Notes under the pieces: model-generated
The model's database searches: none
The model's input: the letters and a program-made list of their open reading frames with translations, nothing else
What the model was told of the DNA's origin: nothing
Position numbers and translations under genes: made by a program
Part shown: positions 28,284-36,851 of the stretch, piece by piece
Layout: every line of letters starts with the position of its first letter
How positions within the stretch are numbered: position 1 is the stretch's first letter
NCBI GenBank assembly: GCA_964387825.1
Contig: CAYLWZ010000002.1
Coordinates: 47,375-111,374, forward strand
Reading direction: 5' to 3'
Length of the DNA: 64,000 bases
DNA from: an uncultured Candidatus Saccharibacteria bacterium
GTDB lineage: Bacteria; Patescibacteriota; Minisyncoccia; Minisyncoccales; GWA2-38-27

Positions 28284-28387
28284 AAAGGGCAACCAAGACA
28301 AGGCAATTTATATTTTTCCAATATTTTGTCTGCCCTGGGATATTCCAAAATTTTAGCCAAAGTTGTGTTTTTTGTAATCTGAACCAT
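28211..28387 (-). pseudogene. DUF1858-like small redox protein (CxGCP motif) truncated by MITE insertion
   Basis: first 35 codons MVQITKNTTLAKILEYPRADKILEKYKLPCLGCPL match the DUF1858 N-terminus; codon 36 onward is encoded by the MITE terminal repeat. Confidence 0.55.
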
Positions 28388-28388
28388 A

Positions 28389-29147
28389 TTAGGAAGCCAG
28401 CCAGCCGCCGTCAACAACCATTGTGTGCCCGGTAATATATTCGCTTTCGTCTGAAGCCAAAAAAGCGGCCGCATTGGCGATATCCTCGGGTTTGCCTATT
28501 CTTCCATAGGGCACCTTTGCCAAAAGACCTGCTTTTACGTTCTCATCTGCCAGTAATGGCTCTGTCATCGCTGTTTTTATCACGCCGGGAGCAATGGCAT
28601 TAACATTAATTCTGTGCTTCCCGAGGTCTAAAGCAAGCTCTTTGGTTAAGTTAATAATCCCTCCTTTGGTCGCGCAATAAACACTGGACATATCAAAGCC
28701 GACGAATCCGGCAATGCTTGCGATACTAATAATCTTTCCGTATTTCTGGGATTTCATCTCCGGTATGACATACTTTGAACAAAGAATAACGCCTTTTAAG
28801 TTCACATTGAGTATCTTCTCTATTTCTGAGGTCTCCATCTGGTCTAATTCTTTTTGAATAAAAATCCCGGCGTTGTTCACCAAAATATCTATCCTGCCGA
28901 ATTTATCTTTTGTTGTCTTCACCATTCCTTTGATATCTTCTTCATTAGTCACGTCTAATTTTAAAGCTAATCCTTCACTTCCTTTTTCTTCAACCTTTTC
29001 TACCACCGCCTCGCAATCTTCTTTGTTAATGTCGGTAACAACAACTTTGGCGCCGCTTTCGGCTAACTTTAAAGCAATCGCTTCTCCAATTCCCCCCCCT
29101 GCTCCGGTTACTACGGCAATTTTACCAGTTAAATCGTATTTATTCAT
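28389..29147 (-). CDS. SDR-family oxidoreductase (FabG-like)
   Basis: TGAGGGIGEAIA Rossmann motif, NNAG, S…YxxxK catalytic pattern (YCATKGG). Confidence 0.8.
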   Translation of the reverse strand: MNKYDLTGKIAVVTGAGGGIGEAIALKLAESGAKVVVTDINKEDCEAVVEKVEEKGSEGLALKLDVTNEEDIKGMVKTTKDKFGRIDILVNNAGIFIQKELDQMETSEIEKILNVNLKGVILCSKYVIPEMKSQKYGKIISIASIAGFVGFDMSSVYCATKGGIINLTKELALDLGKHRINVNAIAPGVIKTAMTEPLLADENVKAGLLAKVPYGRIGKPEDIANAAAFLASDESEYITGHTMVVDGGWLAS

Positions 29148-29214
29148 AATTTAATTTGTTTAATTTATTTTTTGCCGATCCTATTTTAAATATTCGAAAT
29201 TCAAAATTTGGCTA

Positions 29215-29350
29215 TTCATATCTCAAAGCATCAACCGGATTCATCTTAGCGGCGCCTCTGGCAGGCAGACCCGCCTGTATCGTTATGCGAAGCATTGCGG
29301 GCAGGTATCCGGAAATACAGCCTATCAAGAACGAGAAAACCAGACCAAAT
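29215..29350 (-). pseudogene. degenerate duplicate of the 3' end of the MacB-type permease gene (cf. 30406-30470), interrupted by one GC-rich 36-bp element
   Basis: translation …CISGYLPA[MLRITIQAGLPA]RGAAKMNPVDALRYE* versus permease C-terminus …VGCVSGYLPARSAAKFNPAEALRYE*. Confidence 0.75.
29271..29305. repeat. GC-rich 36-bp 'PARNA' element, single copy
   Basis: ccgcctgtatcgttatgcgaagcattgcgggcagg; same family as 36187-36258, 36517-36588 and 47586-47624. Confidence 0.8.
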
Positions 29351-29986
29351 TTACAGGCTTAAACTAAATTTTACTAATTCTTTTTTTATAATTTTTTCGT
29401 CAATCTTAAACCTCTTTTTATAAATAATTTTTTCTGAATAATCAATATCTTTAAAATAAACAAGCTGGCTACGGAACATTTTTTCATTGAATTCATCTCC
29501 AAAAATCTCTCTTGCTTTTTTCGCTATTTTCCCCAAAGAATAATAATTCTTCATGATAAAATATAAATCAACATAGTCCTTCCATTTGGGTCTTCTACCC
29601 AGAACGTAAGCCTTCATCGCCGATAATGTCAGTAAATTCGGCAATTTTATAAAATTATCAAATTTTTCGGAAAAATTAATTTTGAACGGAAAATTAAAAA
29701 AAGTAAATCCTACGCTATTTATTAATAAAGTAAATTGTCCTTCTTCGTCGCGAATTACGCGCTCAATTTTTTTTAATCCTGTTATTTTTTCGCGAATATA
29801 ATAATTATTGAATTCTTTGTTTGTAAATAAATCAAAATCAATTGACTCCCGGTGACCGATATAAAGCGCAATCGCGGTCCCACCAACCAAACCAAAATTT
29901 TTCTTAAATAATTCAATTAAAGGCAATAATTCAATCTGTTCTTTAGTTAAAATTTCTTTATGCATACTGTTTGAAATATAGATCAA
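29351..29986 (-). CDS. nucleotidyltransferase, AbiEii/AbiGii-type toxin family
   Basis: GGTAIALYIGHRESIDFDLF motif characteristic of the AbiEii nucleotidyltransferase fold. Confidence 0.65.
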   Translation of the reverse strand: MIYISNSMHKEILTKEQIELLPLIELFKKNFGLVGGTAIALYIGHRESIDFDLFTNKEFNNYYIREKITGLKKIERVIRDEEGQFTLLINSVGFTFFNFPFKINFSEKFDNFIKLPNLLTLSAMKAYVLGRRPKWKDYVDLYFIMKNYYSLGKIAKKAREIFGDEFNEKMFRSQLVYFKDIDYSEKIIYKKRFKIDEKIIKKELVKFSLSL

Positions 29987-30224
29987 AATAATTTTTTATC
30001 TTATTATCATAATTAATTCTTTTACGATTTGTCTGTTTTTCAAAAATCCGCGCCATTTTTTTTATCCCCATAATCGCGATGAGTTTTTGCACATCATCCC
30101 AATCGCCATAATTCAAAGTGTGCTCCATAATTGATTCATCGGAGAGTTGTTTTACGTCTTTTACATACCATATTAAATACGGCCTCTTTTTTATAAAATT
30201 TTTAATTTTTTGCCTGTTTTTCAT
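29958..30224 (-). CDS. small partner protein of AbiEii-like gene (putative antitoxin)
   Basis: 88-aa ORF overlapping the toxin start by 29 bp (translational coupling); lacks a recognisable full AbiEi HTH. Confidence 0.4.
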   Translation of the reverse strand: MKNRQKIKNFIKKRPYLIWYVKDVKQLSDESIMEHTLNYGDWDDVQKLIAIMGIKKMARIFEKQTNRKRINYDNKIKNYFDLYFKQYA

Positions 30225-30319
30225 TTATTACGCATTAGGTTTATTGTATTTTAATTATAGCATATTTTGTATATTTTGTTCCAAAAATAAAATCCGGCCC
30301 TTCGGCGGATTCTAAAATT

Positions 30320-30374
30320 TAAGTGAAAAGTCGGAAACGTCCCTACTTTTCACTTTTCTACTTTTCTACTTTTC
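30320..30374. repeat. hairpin (aagtgaaaagt / acttttcactt) plus 3x tandem acttttc[tc] at island-permease junction
   Basis: read directly from the sequence. Confidence 0.6.
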
Positions 30375-30405
30375 CTTTTAAAAACAAAAGATGCTTGAGA
30401 ATAAC

Positions 30406-31680
30406 TCATTCATATCTCAAGGCCTCGGCCGGATTAAATTTGGCGGCGCTTCTGGCAGGCAGATATCCGGAGACACAACCGACTAAAAATGAGAAAGTCA
30501 GGCCAAAAAGAATAAGCTGGGGAGTAATTGACGCTTCTAAGAAAAAAATGGGATGTATTTGAAAATAAATTTCCACTGCCTTAGCCAATCCCAGTCCTAA
30601 AATTGTTCCTCCTATTCCTCCAAACAAGCCAAAGATGCCTGATTCAACCAAAAAAATCGCGACAATGCTTCTATTTCTCGCGCCAACCGCTTTCATAATT
30701 CCAATTTCCCGAATTCTCTCCCGTACTGAAGTATACATCGTATTCATTATCCCTATCCCCCCAACCACAATGGCTATTGAGGCGAAACCAATCACTATTA
30801 ATTGCACTAAGCCCATTATGCTTCCCACTATGTCGCCCATTTTTTCGCTGCTAAGTACGGCGTAAGACGGAAGGTCTCCTTCCCCTCTTCTCCTTTTTCT
30901 GCTTTCTTCAAGTTTTTCTTTTATATTTTCTGTTACCTCATCCGCTGAATATCCGGATTCAATCTTAGCCATAACAACTTTAGCCCCTGTCCGCTCTCCT
31001 GTAATCTGGCGGAAAATATCTAAATCCAGATAAACCTGGGAATCGTCTTGCTTGCTTCCCAGAGATTTTAATATTCCTGTAACTTCAAAATTCCTGCCTC
31101 TGAGATTAATCTGAGCGCCTATTCTCATTCCTCGAAAAATTTCTTCAGGGACCAAACTTCCAATACAAATTTCCCTCTTCCCGGAAACAGGCCAGCGTCC
31201 CTGTTTCAAGTCCCACCCCATATCAGATTTCAAGACCTTTAATGTTTCTTCCCAAGGAACTCCTGTAACTAAAACTGTTTTCTTTTCGCCTGCATATCTG
31301 ATTGCTTCTCCTCTGTATGTCATGGGAACGACAACGCTTACTCCTTCTGTTTTTTTTATTGCCTCAATATCGTCTTCAGACAACTCCATTCCACCGGCCA
31401 TAGCTGTTGTTATGTCGGTAATATCTCCAGGCATAACAATAATTATATCTTTTCCCATCATTCTCAGCTGCTGCAAAACCGCTTTCTCTATGCCCTGGCT
31501 CAAAGAAAGCAATGACATAATCAAAAAAATACCGATAACAACGCCTATCATAGTCAACCAGCTCCTAATTTGCCTTGTCCTCAAATTTCTTATGGCGATT
31601 TTAATATATTCCTTAAACATTAGATTTAAGTTGTAAGTTGAAAGATTAAAAATATCAACCGATTTCCTTAAATTTAGCAA
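30406..31680 (-). CDS. ABC transporter permease, MacB/FtsX-like
   Basis: N-terminal TM, large periplasmic domain, C-terminal FtsX-type 3-TM bundle; adjacent ABC ATPase and adaptor. Confidence 0.8.
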   Translation of the reverse strand: MLNLRKSVDIFNLSTYNLNLMFKEYIKIAIRNLRTRQIRSWLTMIGVVIGIFLIMSLLSLSQGIEKAVLQQLRMMGKDIIIVMPGDITDITTAMAGGMELSEDDIEAIKKTEGVSVVVPMTYRGEAIRYAGEKKTVLVTGVPWEETLKVLKSDMGWDLKQGRWPVSGKREICIGSLVPEEIFRGMRIGAQINLRGRNFEVTGILKSLGSKQDDSQVYLDLDIFRQITGERTGAKVVMAKIESGYSADEVTENIKEKLEESRKRRRGEGDLPSYAVLSSEKMGDIVGSIMGLVQLIVIGFASIAIVVGGIGIMNTMYTSVRERIREIGIMKAVGARNRSIVAIFLVESGIFGLFGGIGGTILGLGLAKAVEIYFQIHPIFFLEASITPQLILFGLTFSFLVGCVSGYLPARSAAKFNPAEALRYE

Positions 31681-31702
31681 CTCTAATCTTTGGTCTTTAA
31701 TC

Positions 31703-32419
31703 TTATTTCTCCCATAGAATCTTTTCTGCCTGAAAATGGTTATGGATTATTTGTCCATCCTTAATATGAACTACTTGCTTGCTATAACCGGCTATATTCG
31801 GGTCATGAGTAACAACAATAATCGTCTTTTTTTCTTTTTTATGAAGATCGGTCAAAATCTCCATAATTAATTTTCCGGTGGTAGAATCCAAATTACCTGT
31901 CGGCTCGTCAGCAACGATAATTTCCGGGTCATTAGCCAAAGCCCGGGCAATTGCTATTCTTTGTTTTTCTCCTCCGGAAAGTTCGCCCGGCCTATGATGA
32001 ATCCTGTTCTCCAGATTTACAGAGGCAAGAAGTTTTTTTGCTCTTTCTCTTCTTTTTGTATCTTTAGCTCCTTGAAAAATCATAGGAAGCATCACATTTT
32101 CTAAGGCGTTAAGGTTAGGCAGCAAATTAAACTGCTGGAAAACAAAACCTATCTTTCTGCCTCTAATTAAAGCCAGCTGATTTTCGGAAAGGCGAGAAAT
32201 GTCCTTGCCTCCTAAGAAAATTTTTCCTTTAGTCGGTACGTCCAAGCAGCCAACAATATACATAAGAGTTGACTTGCCGGAACCAGACGCCCCCATTATA
32301 GCCACAAAAGATCCGGATAGAATTTCTAAGTTTATCCCTTTCAGAACAGTAAGTTCTAATTTCCCTAATTGATAAGTTTTCCAAATATCCTCAAGTTTTA
32401 TTATAGGAAGATTATCCAT
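31703..32419 (-). CDS. ABC transporter ATP-binding protein (MacB/LolD-type)
   Basis: GASGSGKST Walker A, LSGGEKQR signature, [11 protein letters not shown] Walker B. Confidence 0.85.
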   Translation of the reverse strand: MDNLPIIKLEDIWKTYQLGKLELTVLKGINLEILSGSFVAIMGASGSGKSTLMYIVGCLDVPTKGKIFLGGKDISRLSENQLALIRGRKIGFVFQQFNLLPNLNALENVMLPMIFQGAKDTKRRERAKKLLASVNLENRIHHRPGELSGGEKQRIAIARALANDPEIIVADEPTGNLDSTTGKLIMEILTDLHKKEKKTIIVVTHDPNIAGYSKQVVHIKDGQIIHNHFQAEKILWEK

Positions 32420-32496
32420 TTTTTATTAAAGTTTATTAAATCTAAACCAAGCTCCGGCAAAAGAATAGGAAGTAGGATATAACGGAAAGGATATCC

Positions 32497-34005
32497 TTAT
32501 AATACTTTTTCTCCTTCTTCAAGGCCGGAAGTAATCTCAACAAAGTCTTCGCCTTCCAGCCCTGTTTCTATTTCCCGGGGTTTGACTTCGCCATTTTCAT
32601 AAACTCGGACTATTTTTTGCCCGCTCGTCTTTTCTATCAATTCCTTAGGAACGCGCAAAACATTATCTTTTTCAGCGGTTTTTATAATAATGTCGGCCGT
32701 CATACCGGGCTTGATGCCTTCTTTTATTTTCAGAAAATCAATAATCACCTTATAATAAACTACTCCTTCAATTAATTTTTCTGCGGGGTCAATTGAAATG
32801 ACTTTTCCCTCAAAGGCTTGGCCGGGGAAAGGAGTTAAATCAATATTTACCGGATCTCCAATTTTTATTTTAACAATATCTTCCTCGTAAATATTAACTT
32901 CTACTTGAAAAGGAGCAGCCGGAAGAAAAGAAATCACAGAATCGGCCGGTTGAGCCATTTCTCCTTCCCTTTTATTAATATCTGTTATTTGGCCATTTTC
33001 AGGAGCTTTCAAAACTGCTTGGGTAATCTTATTTTCTAAAAGTTTAATTTTGGCCTCGCCTTGCTTTATCTGCGCCCGATATAATCCTTCTCCTTGCAAT
33101 TTATTCTCAAGAGAAGAAATTTCAGCTTGAGCATTATTGATATTCGTTTTATTGGTAATCTTGACCGTTGAAATGTCTTGTTGGGCGTTAACAATATCGG
33201 CAGTAACGTTATTTATATTCGTTCTCTGGGTATCTAAAGACGTCTTATCAGCGCTTGAAACAAGAGCGCGATAAGCTTCACTTTTTGTATCGTCTCGAAT
33301 TACTTCCAAAGAATTGCTTACTGCCTCTAATTGCTCCTTTACTTTAAGAAGAACTGAATCAATATTTTCTTCTTGGGAATTATTTTTAGCGTCGTTAACA
33401 TAGGTTTTAATTCTTTCCAAATCACTTTTGATATTATATTTTTCATTTACCACTTCCGTTGATTTTTCATCAAAAGAAGTAAAATAATCGCGCTGGATTT
33501 TATAAACCACATTATAAGCGTTATATGTTTTTAAGTAAGAATCATCTAAAACAGTAAGAGCGTCGTCATAAGCGTTATCCATGTCTTCGTCCGCTTTAGA
33601 TTTAGCGTCTTCCAAGCTCTGTTCCGCATTTTGGAGAGAAACATCGGCATCCGTATTCTTTGCTTTTGCAACTTCTGAATCGGCTTTTGCTTCATCTAAC
33701 TCAATGTAAAGCTGAGTTGTGTCAAGTTTGGCCAAGAATTGTCCTGTTTCCACATTATCGCCGATATTAACATACATTTCTTTAATTCTTCCTGAATTCT
33801 TAAAACTGAGGTCTCTTTTTTCCGAAACCTTAACCGAACCTGTTTCGGAAACCTCCTGAGTAATCGCGCCCCTGACTACTTTTTGGAAAACAAAATTTGG
33901 CTCTTTGTTCTTAAATAAAAACCAATAAACGCCAAAACTCAAAAGAGCCGTGATTATAATGATGACTGAAATTATTTTTTTGCTCTTCCCGTTAAAAATT
34001 TTCAT
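32497..34005 (-). CDS. efflux periplasmic adaptor (HlyD/MacA-like membrane fusion protein) with long coiled coil
   Basis: N-terminal TM anchor, extended coiled-coil middle, C-terminal beta-barrel motifs. Confidence 0.7.
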   Translation of the reverse strand: MKIFNGKSKKIISVIIIITALLSFGVYWFLFKNKEPNFVFQKVVRGAITQEVSETGSVKVSEKRDLSFKNSGRIKEMYVNIGDNVETGQFLAKLDTTQLYIELDEAKADSEVAKAKNTDADVSLQNAEQSLEDAKSKADEDMDNAYDDALTVLDDSYLKTYNAYNVVYKIQRDYFTSFDEKSTEVVNEKYNIKSDLERIKTYVNDAKNNSQEENIDSVLLKVKEQLEAVSNSLEVIRDDTKSEAYRALVSSADKTSLDTQRTNINNVTADIVNAQQDISTVKITNKTNINNAQAEISSLENKLQGEGLYRAQIKQGEAKIKLLENKITQAVLKAPENGQITDINKREGEMAQPADSVISFLPAAPFQVEVNIYEEDIVKIKIGDPVNIDLTPFPGQAFEGKVISIDPAEKLIEGVVYYKVIIDFLKIKEGIKPGMTADIIIKTAEKDNVLRVPKELIEKTSGQKIVRVYENGEVKPREIETGLEGEDFVEITSGLEEGEKVL

Positions 34006-34157
34006 AAATTTTTACCCATTAGAATACCATAAAAATTTCTAATAGGGCTTATATTTTTATTAATCTGTTATCTTCCATTTTATATTTTTTTTACTAAAAA
34101 AGCAACGAAAAAAATCCCAATTTAAAAATTAGGTCTATTTTTCGCCAAAACCTAAAA

Positions 34158-34436
34158 TTATTTTTTCCTCAACTTGATTGCTTTTCCTTCAATTAAAGCG
34201 CCTGAAACTTTTTTGCGGGCGGAGGTTAAAATTCGCTGAAGAGTACTTTGGGAAATTCCCATTTTTTTAGCCGCTTTTGCTTGCCTCAACTCCTCAAAGT
34301 CGCAAAGCCGCAAGGCCTCCACTTCGTCTATCTTTAAATTTACCTCTTCTAACTCCGAAAGAGGGACTGCTCTTGGTTTGAAATAGGTTACATTAGGCTC
34401 AAAAGAAATTTTTCTTTGTTTGATAGGTTTAGCCAT
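34158..34436 (-). CDS. DUF134-family putative DNA-binding protein
   Basis: …KPRAVPLSELEEVNLKIDEVEALRLCDFEELRQ…MGISQSTLQRILTSARKK DUF134 pattern. Confidence 0.65.
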   Translation of the reverse strand: MAKPIKQRKISFEPNVTYFKPRAVPLSELEEVNLKIDEVEALRLCDFEELRQAKAAKKMGISQSTLQRILTSARKKVSGALIEGKAIKLRKK

Positions 34437-34444
34437 AAAAAGAT

Positions 34445-35443
34445 TTAAGATTCAATAATTAAGAATTTTATCAGTTTTTTAAAAATATTTTTAATCTCAT
34501 TTTTTGCTTTTAAGTTTGTTTCCATAATCGGAGTTAAATTAGATATTGATTTAAAAACATTTTTATCATAAGAGATTCTTCCTAAAAATCTGCCTTTTAC
34601 CTGCCCTGATTTTTTCTGAAGGGCCCATTTTTCTATTTTATCGCTCAATTCAAAATTAATATCATATTTATTTATAACCACGCCCCAGGGAATCTTAAAG
34701 TATTTAACAACTTCTAAAACTCTTTTTAGGTCGGAAAAACCGGAAAAGGTCGGTTCTGTGACCAATAAAGCAAAGTCTGCTCCCTGAAGAGAAGCGATTA
34801 CAGGACAACTCGTTCCCGGCGCCGAATCAATAAGCATTATGTCTCCGTCAAACTCTTCTCCTCGCCGCTTAATCTCAGTAACTATTTTTCCAGAACCTGT
34901 TTCCCCTGGATAAAGCTGTCCGGAAACGAGAAAAAACCCATATTTTGTCTTTTTTGTTCTTATCTCTCCGTTTTTTACTGGTTCCATTTTTATTGCTCCA
35001 GCCGGACAAAAAACTTCGCAAGCCCCGCATCCTTCGCATAAAAAAGGATTTAATTTTAACTTTTTCCCCTCTTGGCGAAGCTCGCCCTTGACGGCCTTTT
35101 CCACACTTAACGCGCCAAATCTGCATTTTTTGGCGCATTCTTCCGCTCTTCCTTCTAATTTGCTGTTGTCAATCACAGGTTTCTCCGAAACGCTTATTTC
35201 AAGAATATATATTTTATTCCTTAACGAATCAAGGTTCTGCGAGCGAAGCGAGCGGGTTCTTATTTTTTTCACTTCTTCCCATCCCCCAATTTCGTTTAAC
35301 CAAACAGCTAAATTAGGAGCGTCAACGTCGCAGTCAATCGCAACGATTCTCTTTTTCTCTTTTGCGAAAATTATCGCCAAGGAAGAAGCCAACATTGATT
35401 TTCCCACTCCCCCTTTTCCGCTGGCAATTACTATTTTTTTCAT
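34445..35443 (-). CDS. MinD/ParA-superfamily P-loop ATPase with inserted 4Fe-4S ferredoxin domain
   Basis: ASGKGGVGKS deviant Walker A; CEGCGACEVFCPAGAI 4Fe-4S motif; DSAPG Walker B region. Confidence 0.75.
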   Translation of the reverse strand: MKKIVIASGKGGVGKSMLASSLAIIFAKEKKRIVAIDCDVDAPNLAVWLNEIGGWEEVKKIRTRSLRSQNLDSLRNKIYILEISVSEKPVIDNSKLEGRAEECAKKCRFGALSVEKAVKGELRQEGKKLKLNPFLCEGCGACEVFCPAGAIKMEPVKNGEIRTKKTKYGFFLVSGQLYPGETGSGKIVTEIKRRGEEFDGDIMLIDSAPGTSCPVIASLQGADFALLVTEPTFSGFSDLKRVLEVVKYFKIPWGVVINKYDINFELSDKIEKWALQKKSGQVKGRFLGRISYDKNVFKSISNLTPIMETNLKAKNEIKNIFKKLIKFLIIES

Positions 35444-35592
35444 TTCTCACTTTGAATTACTAAAAAATTCTCCTTTCTTAACCCGAAAAGACAAATCATT
35501 AATAATTTTCTCACCGTCTAATTCTACATTTAAGTTTTCAACTTTTAAAATTAAATCTTCTGGTATTGCAAAGATAGCTCTAAATTTAATTT

Positions 35593-36147
35593 TTATAATC
35601 CTAATCCATCAGAAATTTTTTGCATCGCACTTAAAGTAATCTCAATAAATTTTTCTAAAGACAGACCTAATAAATTTTCAGATTTTTTTATTATTTCCCT
35701 ATTAGCCCCTCTGGCAAACGCTTTTTCCTTAAAACGCCTTAAAACATTTTCCGTTTTTAAATCGTTTATTTTTTTAGAAGGCAGAACAAGAGTAGCGGCT
35801 ACTATTAAACCGGTTAAAGGGTCAACGCAATATAGCGCCTTTGCCATTTTTGTTTCCGGTTCAATGTTATGAATTTCATTATGAGACAAAACCGCATTAC
35901 ATATCTCTTCGTCAAATCCTAATTTTTTCAACATTTCGGCCCCTACCCTAGAATGCAGTTTGGGATCGCCTTCTACTTTTTCATAATCAATATCGTGCAA
36001 TAAACCGGCAATCCCCCATTTATTTTTGTCTTCATCAAAATATTCGGCAAAATCCCTCATTGCTGCTTCTACGGCTAAACAATGTTTAATGAGATTTTTA
36101 TTTTTAATATTTTCTTTTAATAAATTTAATGCTTCTTCTCTTTTCAT
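35593..36147 (-). CDS. HD-domain phosphohydrolase
   Basis: HCLAVEAAMRDFA … LLHDIDY HD motif. Confidence 0.65.
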   Translation of the reverse strand: MKREEALNLLKENIKNKNLIKHCLAVEAAMRDFAEYFDEDKNKWGIAGLLHDIDYEKVEGDPKLHSRVGAEMLKKLGFDEEICNAVLSHNEIHNIEPETKMAKALYCVDPLTGLIVAATLVLPSKKINDLKTENVLRRFKEKAFARGANREIIKKSENLLGLSLEKFIEITLSAMQKISDGLGL

Positions 36148-36737
36148 TTTATTTTAAATAAAAGCCATTGTTTTCCCCGGCCTTTCCCGCCTGCAACGCT
36201 TTGCGTAGCATTGCGGGCAGGCCCGCCTGCAACGCTTTGCGTAGCATTGCGGGCAGGCATTTTAACTAAGCAATAATTTCCTTTTAATTTTTTACCTTTT
36301 AATCCAAAAATAATCTTATCCTTTGTTTTCTCAACTAATTCGTATTTTCCTTTGTCATAAATCTTGACAATGCCTGCTCCATAATTTCCTTTGGGTATTT
36401 TTCCTTCAAAATTAATATAGCCGATTGGGTGGTCTTCAGTTTGAATCGCCAGATGTTTCACTCCCTTCTTTCCCGGCACTCCTTTCGGCACCGCCCAAGA
36501 TTTTAAAACTCCATCCCCGCCTGCATCGCTATGCGAAGCATTGCGGGCAGGCCCGCCTGCATCGCTATGCGAAGCATTGCGGGCAGGCATTTCTAACCTG
36601 AAATCAAAATGATGCCCCGCTTTCTCAGCAAAATGTTCTTGAACCACAAACCTATTTTCTGAAGTTCTCAAAACCTTACCTTTTGGCTCGGGAGTTTTAT
36701 CAAACTTTCTTTTCTCCCAATATTTTTTTAAGCTCAT
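36144..36737 (-). CDS. LigD-type 3'-phosphoesterase (PE) domain protein carrying two in-frame 2x12-aa repeat insertions
   Basis: KRKFDKTPEP…FVVQEHFAEKAGHHFDFRLE…DGVLKSWAVPKGVP…EDHP…FEG…G matches the LigD PE domain; inserts PARNASHSDAGG x2 and PARNATQSVAGG x2. Confidence 0.65.
   Translation of the reverse strand: MSLKKYWEKRKFDKTPEPKGKVLRTSENRFVVQEHFAEKAGHHFDFRLEMPARNASHSDAGGPARNASHSDAGGDGVLKSWAVPKGVPGKKGVKHLAIQTEDHPIGYINFEGKIPKGNYGAGIVKIYDKGKYELVEKTKDKIIFGLKGKKLKGNYCLVKMPARNATQSVAGGPARNATQSVAGGKGRGKQWLLFKIK
36187..36258. repeat. 2x tandem GC-rich 36-bp element (ccgcctgcaacgctttgcgtagcattgcgggcaggc), in-frame in LigD-PE gene
   Basis: perfect tandem; ~60% GC in a ~33% GC genome; encodes PARNATQSVAGG x2. 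Confidence 0.9.
36517..36588. repeat. 2x tandem GC-rich 36-bp element variant (ccgcctgcatcgctatgcgaagcattgcgggcaggc), in-frame in LigD-PE gene
   Basis: perfect tandem; encodes PARNASHSDAGG x2. Confidence 0.9.
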
Positions 36738-36851
36738 CTCAATTTCTTATCCAATTATTATTTTATCATCTAAATTCTTCAATGATTTAAAAATCTTCTA
36801 ACTATTTTTTTCAAATTGACGATACTTGTCTGGCCTTTGAAATTGCGGTTT

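Noticed and set aside
29156-30562. Plus-strand ORFs 29156-29362 and 30323-30562
   Set aside because: They are antisense translations of the duplicated permease 3' ends. The real coding information is on the minus strand.
34875-35138. 87-aa minus-strand ORF nested in the MinD-Fe-S ATPase gene
   Set aside because: It is an alternative frame inside a well-supported gene and is Arg/Lys-rich nonsense.
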